This document shows, piece after piece, positions 7,462 through 14,902 of a DNA stretch of 17,222 bases. The position numbers and the translations under genes were made by a program. Origin of the DNA: Candidatus Micrarchaeia archaeon (lineage in GTDB: Archaea; Micrarchaeota; Micrarchaeia; Burarchaeales; JACRGF01). The stretch covers positions 1-17,222 of the forward strand of contig JAWCPB010000025.1 in NCBI GenBank assembly GCA_038870455.1, given 5' to 3'. The notes beneath the pieces were generated by a model. It was not told the origin of the DNA, ran no database searches, and saw only the letters and a list, made by a program, of their open reading frames with translations. Every line of letters begins with the position of its first letter. Positions within the stretch are counted from its first letter, which is position 1.

Positions 7462-8076
7462 CTAGGCTCGGCGCGTCTTCAGCGAACCGAGCACTCCCCT
7501 GCTGCCTGCCGGCTCCCCGGCGAGGTGGTACTTGACGAACAGCCTGCCGTCGAAAGCCTCGCCCGCCAGGCCCGCGCTCGCGGCTCCTCCGGGTCCGGTG
7601 CAGGCCACGGAAATCTCGGCCGCATCGCCGCTTTTCACAGCAACGCCCAACCGCTCGAGCGAGGCGTTCCTCCCATCAAAGGAGGGATCGCCGGAGCATG
7701 CGACGCCGTCGAGAAAGAGCGTGTCGGCGTGGCCATTGGCCAGCTTGAGTTCGAGTTTTCCGGCCGGGGAAAGGCGCCAGCTCACGCAGTGAACGCTGGC
7801 ATCAACGACACAGCTCTCCTGCAATCCACTCGGGTAAAGGCTCAGGTAATAAGCAGCGCCACCCAGCAGGGCGAGCAGTAACAGCGAGAGGCCGGCGAGG
7901 CCAGCGAAGACGAAAAGCGAATCCCGGCCGCCTTCGCGCGCGGGCTTTTCCCCAGGAATGGGCTCTGGAGGCGCGGGCGCGGCTTCTTCATCAAGCGACG
8001 GCGCACGCGGCGGAAGCTCATTCTCTGAAAAGCCCGGCGGGTTGAAAATCCTTGGGTCGTCAAGCCTGGTTTGCAC
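7462..8076 (-). CDS. Single-TM membrane protein with an archaeal pilin-like Cys-containing ectodomain
   Basis: Pro/acidic N-terminus, one TM helix, then ESCVVDASVHCVSWRLSPAGKLELKLANG...LDGVAC. Minus-strand TTTATAT (8105-8099) lies 22 nt before GTG 8076. Confidence 0.65.
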   Translation of the reverse strand: MQTRLDDPRIFNPPGFSENELPPRAPSLDEEAAPAPPEPIPGEKPAREGGRDSLFVFAGLAGLSLLLLALLGGAAYYLSLYPSGLQESCVVDASVHCVSWRLSPAGKLELKLANGHADTLFLDGVACSGDPSFDGRNASLERLGVAVKSGDAAEISVACTGPGGAASAGLAGEAFDGRLFVKYHLAGEPAGSRGVLGSLKTRRA

Positions 8077-8142
8077 GCGTGAATTCGGCTTCCCCCTGAT
8101 ATAAACCTTCTTATTCAGGGCGGCGCCACCCCGGTGCCTGAT

Positions 8143-8859
8143 TCAGGCGGACGGGACGGCAAAATCCGTGGTGCGGCTGCTCTTCCACACCCTGACAACG
8201 GCCTTTCCCTCAAAGGAGTGCACGAACTGGCCGTCGACAGCCAGGAAGGCGGGCGTTTCGCTCACCACAGTCACCCTGCTCTGCACCGAGTCGTCGAGCA
8301 CGGCGTACTCGAAAGCCCTGCGGTAGGGCGCAATGGCCACGACCTCGTAACACCGCGCGCTCGGCGGCAGCTCTATGCCGCCGGCTGAATATGCGTATGC
8401 GCTGCTGCCTGTCGGGGTGGAGAAGATGAGGCCGTCCGCCCTGAAGGCGGCGCACGCGCCCTTCGCGCACAGCTCGAAAGCCAGCACGCGGTGGCCGGCC
8501 GCGCGCACGACGAACTCGTTGAGCGCGTCTTCGATTCTCTTGCCGTTCAGCGAGCCGGCCAGCATGGCGCGCCTTTCAAGCCGGAAGCCCGCCAGCAGCG
8601 CCGACAGCTTTGGCTTCCAGTCAGCTGCGGTGGCCTGGCACAGGAAAGAGTGCGGACTGCCGATGCCGAAAACCGGCGTGCGTGTGAACTCCTTGTTCCA
8701 CAGCAGCGTGCCGTCGCCGCCGATGGTGACGAGCAGGTCGGGCTTCTTCCTCGACAGCCGCACCCCCCGCGCGAGCAGGAATTCCTCGACCTCGGCCTGA
8801 ATCCTCTCGGTGTCTGGCTTTTTTGGATTGGCGGCCGCGAGGGCTGTTCTCACTCTCAC
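8143..8859 (-). CDS. ppnK: NAD(+) kinase
   Basis: TIGGDGTLL, ALNEFVV, ADGLIFSTPTGSSAYAYSAGG and VDGQ motifs. GTG 8859 follows AGGTGA, which also contains the yjbQ stop. Confidence 0.94.
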   Translation of the reverse strand: MRVRTALAAANPKKPDTERIQAEVEEFLLARGVRLSRKKPDLLVTIGGDGTLLWNKEFTRTPVFGIGSPHSFLCQATAADWKPKLSALLAGFRLERRAMLAGSLNGKRIEDALNEFVVRAAGHRVLAFELCAKGACAAFRADGLIFSTPTGSSAYAYSAGGIELPPSARCYEVVAIAPYRRAFEYAVLDDSVQSRVTVVSETPAFLAVDGQFVHSFEGKAVVRVWKSSRTTDFAVPSA

Positions 8860-8863
8860 GCCA

Positions 8864-9253
8864 TCACCTGCACACCACGAGCACCTTCCTCGTGCGCGGG
8901 CCGTCGAACTCGCACAGGATGAGACGCTGCCAGGTGCCGAGCGCCAGATCGCCTTGCACGATGGGAATGACCCTCTCGCACCCCACGAGGATGTTCTTGA
9001 GGTGCGCCTCGGCATTGTCGTCTATGACGTTGTGCTCGTAATTGCCTCGTGGCACGAGCCTGGCGAGAATGGCCTGGATGTCTGCGGCAAGCCTAGGCTC
9101 CCACTCGTTGATGAGAATGCCTGCCGTGGAGTGGGGCACGAAGACGAGGCACACCCCTTCCTTGACCCCGCTCGCGCCCACCACCTCCCTCACGCCGTCG
9201 GTTATGTCGAGCAGCTCGAACTTTCTTGTCGTCTTGAAGGACAGCGCGGCCAT
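8864..9253 (-). CDS. yjbQ: YjbQ/UPF0047 family protein (secondary thiamine-phosphate synthase-like)
   Basis: DIT..V, FVPHSTAGILINE.EP, YEHN..DDNAEAHLK and LGTWQ..ILCEFDGPR.R motifs; ATG 9253 is 22 nt from the TATA. Confidence 0.93.
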   Translation of the reverse strand: MAALSFKTTRKFELLDITDGVREVVGASGVKEGVCLVFVPHSTAGILINEWEPRLAADIQAILARLVPRGNYEHNVIDDNAEAHLKNILVGCERVIPIVQGDLALGTWQRLILCEFDGPRTRKVLVVCR

Positions 9254-9275
9254 AACGCCAAATACAGCAGACAAA

Positions 9276-9283
9276 TTTATTAA
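9276..9283. promoter_or_regulatory. Shared bidirectional TATA box of the NAD-salvage cluster
   Basis: TTTATTAA lies exactly 22 nt from both ATG 9253 (-) and ATG 9306 (+). Confidence 0.7.
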
Positions 9284-9305
9284 GCAAGGCGGAGAGGAAA
9301 ACCGC

Positions 9306-9764
9306 ATGGCGGTGGCAAAAGTAGTGGCGAAGAGGTTTTCAACCAGGGGCGGGCTTGTGGCCAGAGTGCTTGGCGCGCTGCGGAACGCCGGCTTCACCCA
9401 GAGCGAGCTGCGGCTTGTAAGGGGGTGGGTGGAGCGAGCCGCAACACGCGACGTCGTGCTCGCGGGCGGAGTCAGCTCGACGCTGTCGATAGCCGGCCTG
9501 AGCGCGGGCGAGCTGGCCGCCCTGCAGTCAGCTCTGGAGAGAGCCAGGGAAAGAGTTTCGAGGGGGGGAGAGCCTTTCACGCTTGAGGAGAGGAGCGAGG
9601 TGGAGCGGCTGCTGAGGAGGGCGCTGAGCGCGAATGCGGCCAAGAGGCTTGCTGTGGACATCGCCAACGGCGATGAGATGGTGCTCACCCTGCTGGCCAA
9701 CTCGCTGCAGGAAATCAAGTTCAGCGTGAGCGGAAGGCTCGCCTTTAGGCCGAAGAGAGCGTGA
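9306..9764 (+). CDS. Hypothetical mostly helical protein, first gene of the pncBA operon
   Basis: 152 aa with host-like codon usage; its stop overlaps the next start (GTGA). No motif recognised. Confidence 0.65.
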   Translation: MAVAKVVAKRFSTRGGLVARVLGALRNAGFTQSELRLVRGWVERAATRDVVLAGGVSSTLSIAGLSAGELAALQSALERARERVSRGGEPFTLEERSEVERLLRRALSANAAKRLAVDIANGDEMVLTLLANSLQEIKFSVSGRLAFRPKRA

Positions 9765-10375
9765 GCATGCGCATTGACCTGCACGTGCATTCCAACCTGT
9801 CAGAGGACGCCTTTGACAGTGTGGAAAAGCTCGCCGCGGCCGCGAGCGGAAAGGGCATGGACGCGCTCGGGATATGCGACCATAACAAACTCAAGCGCAG
9901 GGCGAGGCGCATCGGCAGGGTGGTGATGCTGTACGGCGAGGAAGTCTCGACAGCGCAGGGGCATGTTGTGGTTTATGGCGTGGAGAGAGCTTTTCCGGCG
10001 GGCATTGATGCGTTCGAGCTCGTTGAACGGGTGAGGGAAGAAGGCGGGGTGAGCATCGCCGCTCACCCGTTTTGCATGGGCAGGCACTCGCTGGGGAAGC
10101 TGGCGTTCGAGCTCAAGGCTGACGCGATAGAAAAGTACAACGGCAGCGCGCTGCTGGGAAACCTGTTGGGAATGGCGAGGGTTCCGGTGGGGGTTGGGGG
10201 AAGCGACGCGCACGCCGCGTTTGAAGCGGGAGAGGCTTTCACGGTGATGGCCTGCGAGGCGAGCGAGGACGACATCCTGTCCTGCATCAGGAAGAAAAAA
10301 TTCGCCGCGGCCTGGATGCCGAACCTTATGAACAGGATTAGGAGGCTTGCGGTGCGCGCGGGGTTGAGAGCGTGA
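9761..10375 (+). CDS. PHP-family metal-dependent phosphoesterase
   Basis: DLHVHS, ICDHN, GEEV...GH, AHPF, IEKYN and GGSDAH motifs; ATG 9767 is an alternative start. Confidence 0.92.
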   Translation: MSMRIDLHVHSNLSEDAFDSVEKLAAAASGKGMDALGICDHNKLKRRARRIGRVVMLYGEEVSTAQGHVVVYGVERAFPAGIDAFELVERVREEGGVSIAAHPFCMGRHSLGKLAFELKADAIEKYNGSALLGNLLGMARVPVGVGGSDAHAAFEAGEAFTVMACEASEDDILSCIRKKKFAAAWMPNLMNRIRRLAVRAGLRA

Positions 10376-11739
10376 GAAAGCCTAAGCTTGGGCTCGCGAC
10401 AGAGAACGACATCATCCTGCTCACCGACTTCTACGAGCTGACCATGGCCGCCTCCTATTTTCACAACAGGCGCAACGAGCGCGCGAGCTTTGAGATGTTC
10501 GTGAGGAAGCTGCCTGCCAACAGGGGCTTCCTGCTGGCGGCCGGCCTGGAGCCCGTGCTTGCCTTCCTGGAGAGCGCGAGGTTTTCGCAGGAGGCGCTGT
10601 CCTATCTCGACTCCCTCAAAATGTTCGACGGCGATTTCCTCTCTTTCCTCGAGAGGTTCAAATTCCGGGGGGATGTGTGGGCCGTTCCTGAGGGCACGGT
10701 GGTTTTTGCCAACGAGCCGCTGCTCAGCGTGAGCGCGCCGCGCATTGAGGCGCAGCTCATCGAGTCCTTCGTGCTCAACGCGCTGAACTTCCAGACAAAC
10801 ATCGCCACAAAGGCGGCGAGGGTGGTGGGCGCGGCGAGGGGGCGGCCTGTCGTGGAGTTCGGGCTGCGGCGCGCGCACGGCGTCGATGCGGGGGTGAAGG
10901 GCGCACGCGCAGCATTCATAGGCGGGTGCGTGGGCACGAGCGACGTGCTGGCGGGAAAGCTGTGGGGCCTTCCGGTCTCCGGCACTGTGGCGCACTCCTT
11001 CATACAATCGTTCGCCAGCGAGCGGGAGGCCTTCCGCGCTTTCGCGGGCACTTTCCCGGACAACAGCATATTCCTCATAGACACTTACGACACGCTCGCC
11101 GGAGCCGAGGCCGCGGCCGAGGTGGCCAAGGAAATGGAGGAAAAGGGGAAGAGGCTGCGGGGAGTGAGGCTCGACAGCGGCGACCTGCTGAGCCTCAGCA
11201 GGGCGGTCAGGAAAATCCTTGATGCCAGAGGGCTGCGTTATGTGAAGATTTTCGCCAGCGGAGACCTCAACGAGTACATCATCGACAGGCTGGTGCGGGC
11301 GGGCGCGCCCATCGACGCGTTCGGCGTGGGCACGGAGCTGAGCACGAGCCGCGACGCGCCGGCGCTCAACGGCATCTACAAGCTGTGCGAGGATGAGGCC
11401 GGGCCGCGCATGAAGCTCAGCAAGAAAAAAGTCACGCTGCCGGGCAGGAAACAGGTTTGGAGGCGGAAGAGGGGAGGGCTGTTTGTGGGCGATACGATAG
11501 GGCTTGCGGGCGAAAAACTAGAGGATGAGCCGCTCCTCGAAATGGTGATGCGGGGCGGCAGGCTGGCGGCAGAGCTCCCGGCGCTCGCAGAAATACAGGC
11601 GCGCGCGAAAAGACAGCTCGCCGCGCTGCCACCGAGATACAAAAAGCTCATGAAGCCGGCCGTTTATCCGGTGAGGCTCAGCGATAGGTTGAAGAGGCTT
11701 GTGCGCGAATTGAGCAGCAGGCTGGAGGTGAGACCGTGA
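10372..11739 (+). CDS. pncB: Nicotinate phosphoribosyltransferase
   Basis: LLTDFYELTM, EFGLRRAHG, GTVAHSFIQ (phospho-His), LIDTYD, GVRLDSGD, FASGDLNE, FGVGT and KVTLPGRKQV motifs. Confidence 0.96.
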   Translation: MRKPKLGLATENDIILLTDFYELTMAASYFHNRRNERASFEMFVRKLPANRGFLLAAGLEPVLAFLESARFSQEALSYLDSLKMFDGDFLSFLERFKFRGDVWAVPEGTVVFANEPLLSVSAPRIEAQLIESFVLNALNFQTNIATKAARVVGAARGRPVVEFGLRRAHGVDAGVKGARAAFIGGCVGTSDVLAGKLWGLPVSGTVAHSFIQSFASEREAFRAFAGTFPDNSIFLIDTYDTLAGAEAAAEVAKEMEEKGKRLRGVRLDSGDLLSLSRAVRKILDARGLRYVKIFASGDLNEYIIDRLVRAGAPIDAFGVGTELSTSRDAPALNGIYKLCEDEAGPRMKLSKKKVTLPGRKQVWRRKRGGLFVGDTIGLAGEKLEDEPLLEMVMRGGRLAAELPALAEIQARAKRQLAALPPRYKKLMKPAVYPVRLSDRLKRLVRELSSRLEVRP

Positions 11740-12581
11740 GGCTGGCTTTTTTTGACGTGGATACCCAGGAGGATTTCATCAACCCGCAGGGAGCGCTGTA
11801 CGTAAAGGGAAGCGATAGGCTGGAGGAAAACTTCAGGCGGCTCATCGCCTTTGCCAAGCAGAATGGCATACAGCTGTTCGGCTCTGTTGACACGCATTAC
11901 GGTGATGAAGCGCACAAGCAGAAGGAATGGTCCGAGCTCAAACGCTGGGCCGGGCCTTTTCCAGACCACTGCATCAAGGGCACGCCGGGCCATCAGAAGA
12001 TTGCCGCGACCATGCCCAGAAACCCAATCTACATCGCCGACACCGAGCCGCTTGAAGAGGAGAGAGTCCGCCAGCTGAGAGAGAGCACCGAAGTTTATTT
12101 CGAGAAAATTGTGTATTCATGCTTTGACAACCCATACGCGCGGCCCGTGCTCGCCGCTTTCGACGAGTTTGTTGTGTTCGGGGTGGCCACCGACTACTGC
12201 GTGCGGGCGACCGCGCTCGGGCTCAGGGAAATGGGAAAAAAGGTCACCGTGGTGTCCGATGCCATAGCGCCTGTCGAGGCGGCCGGAGGGGAGAAGGCGG
12301 TTGCTGAGATGGCAGGAGCTGGCGTGGAGTTCAAGAAAACCGACGAGGTGCTGAAGGAGCTTGCAGTAAGACTGCGTGCACGGGAACGTGCTAGGGCAAG
12401 GGCGCGCGGGAAGAGGGCGAGGCCTGCAGTCACCCGGGCGGCTGCTCGGGCTCAGCGTCGGATGAAGCGGGCGCGACGGGCTGCGCGGAGGAGGGGGCGG
12501 GTGAAGAGGAGGCTGGCTGGGAAGGCGAGGCCGCGCCTGCGGATGAAGAAGACGAAGAGGCGGGCGCGCTCGAGGGCGTGA
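11736..12581 (+). CDS. pncA: Nicotinamidase (isochorismatase family) with a ~70-aa Arg/Lys-rich C-terminal tail
   Basis: DVDTQEDF...GAL, DTH, FPDHCIKGT.G, FEK and GVATDYCV (Asp/Lys/Cys triad plus metal ligands); translationally coupled to pncB. Confidence 0.9.
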   Translation: MRLAFFDVDTQEDFINPQGALYVKGSDRLEENFRRLIAFAKQNGIQLFGSVDTHYGDEAHKQKEWSELKRWAGPFPDHCIKGTPGHQKIAATMPRNPIYIADTEPLEEERVRQLRESTEVYFEKIVYSCFDNPYARPVLAAFDEFVVFGVATDYCVRATALGLREMGKKVTVVSDAIAPVEAAGGEKAVAEMAGAGVEFKKTDEVLKELAVRLRARERARARARGKRARPAVTRAAARAQRRMKRARRAARRRGRVKRRLAGKARPRLRMKKTKRRARSRA

Positions 12582-14862
12582 GGCTCTTCTCCCTCTTTTT
12601 CTTGGGTGCAACCGGAAGGGTGAAGTAGAACCTGCTTCCTTTTCCGACCTCGCTCTCAAAGTCCAGCCTCCCGCCGTGCAGCCTGACTATCTCCCTGGCG
12701 ATGCTGAGCCCCAAGCCCGTGCCCTCTATCTTGCCCGCTTCCCTCTTCACCTGATAGAATCGCTTGAAAATGTTCTTCCTCTCCTCCGCTGGGATGCCGA
12801 TGCCAGTGTCTATGACCTCGAACTGCAGCGTACGCCTGCTTTTCCTGAAAATCTTCACGCTCACCCCGCCCTTCTCAGTGAATTTGATGGCGTTGCTGAC
12901 GAGGTTGATGAGCACCTGCGCAATCCTCGCCGGGTCGGCGGTCACCACGCCGGCGTCCGCCGCTATTTCCCACCGCACCCACAGTCCCTTCTTTTCGGCG
13001 AGCGGCAGCAGCGCGCGGCACTTCTCCTCCAGCTCGCGCACGTCAAACTCCTTGGGGCTGAGCTTGAACCGCCCGCTGTCCATCTTGCTGAGGTCGAGCA
13101 CTTCGTTGATGAGGCGCGCCAGGCGCGCGCTCTCGTTGGCGATGACGGCCACGCCCTCGCGCTGGGCGCTGCTGAGCGGGCCGAGCGTGCCGTCGAGCAG
13201 CAGGCTGGCATAGCCGTGGATGCTCGTGAGGGGAGTGCGCAGCTCGTGCGAGACGTTGCTGATGAACGCGCTCTGGGCCTCTGCGCGCTCGAACAGCCTG
13301 CGGTTGCTTTCCTCAAGCCTCTTCCTCGCCCTCTCCAGCTCCTCCATTTTCTTGAGCGCGGTGACATCGCGCAGTATCTCGACGTAGCCGGTCGTGCGGC
13401 CTCCCTCGACGACAGGAAGCAGCGTGGAGTAAACGAAAGCCCTGCCCCCTCCCTTGGCGAGCCGCTGTGTCTCGAGCTGCGCCGCCTCGCCGCCGCCCGC
13501 CAGAGCGCGAATGCGGCTGTCGAGCTCGCCGGCGCGCTCCGGCGGGTAAAGCGAGCGCACGTCCCTGCCCAGCGCCTCCCTCTCCGAGTAGCCGAGCACC
13601 CTCTCGGCCGCCTTGTTCCAGGAGCGCAGCACGCCGTACGCATCGAATGCGTAGATGGCGTCGGAAGAGCGGGCTATGAGGCGAGCGGCCAACTCCTCGG
13701 CGCTCCCGCCCCGCCTCTCGCCGGCGTCCCTCAGCACGCCGTAAAAACCGCCCCCGGCGCGGCGTGGGGAAAGCGCGAGCTCGAAAAAGCGGGGCTCGCT
13801 GCCGCAGATCAGGCGCACGGCAACGAGCGCGCGCCCCCTCTCCCGCGCCTCCTTCACAGCGTCGGCCCAAGTGTTGTAGTCGGCCGGAAACACGAGCGAG
13901 GAAAAACTCTGCCCGATGAGCTCGCCCGCGGCCGCGAGCGGCGCTGTGTTGCCGGCGAGGAATGCGATGCGCCCTCTCTCGTCAAGCGCGAGGAGGGTGT
14001 CCGGCGAGCCCCTCGCCACTTCAGCCGCGCTTGCCGCAGCGGCGGCCTCACCGGTGAGGTCCTCGATGCACAGCAGCGAAATGCCCGTGTCCGGTGGGTG
14101 CTTGAGGGAGAGCAGCGCCGTGAGAGGCGCGTCGCCCGCGGCGAGCCTGGTGACCACTGCCAGCTCTTCCCCGCCGCGGAGTGCTGCAGCGAGCGCGGCC
14201 CTCGCCCTCTCGTCCTGCAGCAGAGGCAGCGCGCTCTGGCCGACTAAGCTCCTGGCCTTGAACAGGGCGGACGCGGAGGCGCTCGCGGCGACTATGCCGC
14301 ACTCGCTGTCGAGAAACAGGGCAGGCCCCATGCCAGAAACGGCAGCGGCCAACAGCACGCCGGCCCTCCTGTTCTCCTCCAGCAGGCGGGCGCGCTCTAG
14401 GGCGAGAGCGAGCAGGCGCGCCGCCAGGGCGGCGAGCCCGGCCTTCTCCGGGCTGAAAGCCCCTTCCCTATTCGAAAGCAGCACGAGCGCCCTGTCGCCT
14501 GCCGGCGCTGCGAAAAGTGCGCGCGCGCCCTCCTCGAAAAAAATCCTGCTGTCGTGCCACTCGCCGTACCTCCCGAGCCTGTTGTCAACCACCGTTTTTC
14601 CCTCGAGCGCGCGGCCCATCGAGCTGTGAAGCTCGAACCTCCTCACCACGCCAGAGGACAAGTCCTTGGCAGCCACGCCGCCGCCCTCCCGCCAGGCCAG
14701 CAGCACGCGGGAGGAGAAAACCCTCTGGGCGAACTCGCAGAAAACCGCCAGCGCGGCCTCCTCGTCCTTTCCCTCGAGGCCGGCCGCGAGGGCGGCAAAG
14801 TCGGCGAGCGCGCTTTTCTCAGCTAAAGCCACGCTGCCATCCTGGTCGCGCACAAACAACAT
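12430..14862 (-). CDS. Soluble sensor histidine kinase (GAF-like, about 3 PAS, HisKA, HATPase)
   Basis: H-box NVSHELRTPL, N-box QVLINLVSNAIKFT, DTGIGI, IFKRFYQ and GTGLGLSI; PAS motif WNKAAERVLGYSEREALG. No clear TM segment. Start uncertain (ATG 14862, GTG 14853 or GTG 14832). Confidence 0.95.
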   Translation of the reverse strand: MLFVRDQDGSVALAEKSALADFAALAAGLEGKDEEAALAVFCEFAQRVFSSRVLLAWREGGGVAAKDLSSGVVRRFELHSSMGRALEGKTVVDNRLGRYGEWHDSRIFFEEGARALFAAPAGDRALVLLSNREGAFSPEKAGLAALAARLLALALERARLLEENRRAGVLLAAAVSGMGPALFLDSECGIVAASASASALFKARSLVGQSALPLLQDERARAALAAALRGGEELAVVTRLAAGDAPLTALLSLKHPPDTGISLLCIEDLTGEAAAAASAAEVARGSPDTLLALDERGRIAFLAGNTAPLAAAGELIGQSFSSLVFPADYNTWADAVKEARERGRALVAVRLICGSEPRFFELALSPRRAGGGFYGVLRDAGERRGGSAEELAARLIARSSDAIYAFDAYGVLRSWNKAAERVLGYSEREALGRDVRSLYPPERAGELDSRIRALAGGGEAAQLETQRLAKGGGRAFVYSTLLPVVEGGRTTGYVEILRDVTALKKMEELERARKRLEESNRRLFERAEAQSAFISNVSHELRTPLTSIHGYASLLLDGTLGPLSSAQREGVAVIANESARLARLINEVLDLSKMDSGRFKLSPKEFDVRELEEKCRALLPLAEKKGLWVRWEIAADAGVVTADPARIAQVLINLVSNAIKFTEKGGVSVKIFRKSRRTLQFEVIDTGIGIPAEERKNIFKRFYQVKREAGKIEGTGLGLSIAREIVRLHGGRLDFESEVGKGSRFYFTLPVAPKKKREKSLTPSSAPASSSSSSAGAASPSQPASSSPAPSSAQPVAPASSDAEPEQPPG

Positions 14863-14871
14863 AGGGCAAGG

Positions 14872-14879
14872 TATAAATA
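14872..14879. promoter_or_regulatory. TATA box between the divergent kinase and regulator genes
   Basis: TATAAATA in a 40-bp spacer, 23 nt before GTG 14903. Confidence 0.6.
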
Positions 14880-14902
14880 TCCCTTTGCCTCAAGGGCTTT
14901 GA

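Noticed and set aside
8860-9790. Long N-terminal extensions of NAD kinase (to 9015), YjbQ (to 9790) and the 9042 ORF, suggesting fusions
   Set aside because: They overlap neighbouring real genes; RBS/TATA positions and family lengths support starts at 8859, 9253 and 9306.
8143-12581. NAD genes as a phage-type NAD reconstitution (anti-defence) pathway
   Set aside because: The genes are cellular-type PncA, PncB and NAD kinase amid housekeeping genes, with no viral hallmarks or matching enzyme pairs.
12676-14247. 523-aa plus-strand ORF antisense to the histidine kinase
   Set aside because: Shadow ORF expected from high-GC codon bias; no motifs, and it lies fully opposite a clear gene.
14863-14897. 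Imperfect inverted repeats around the TATA as an operator for the wHTH regulator
   Set aside because: The arms pair only with mismatches and bulges; too weak to call without comparative data.
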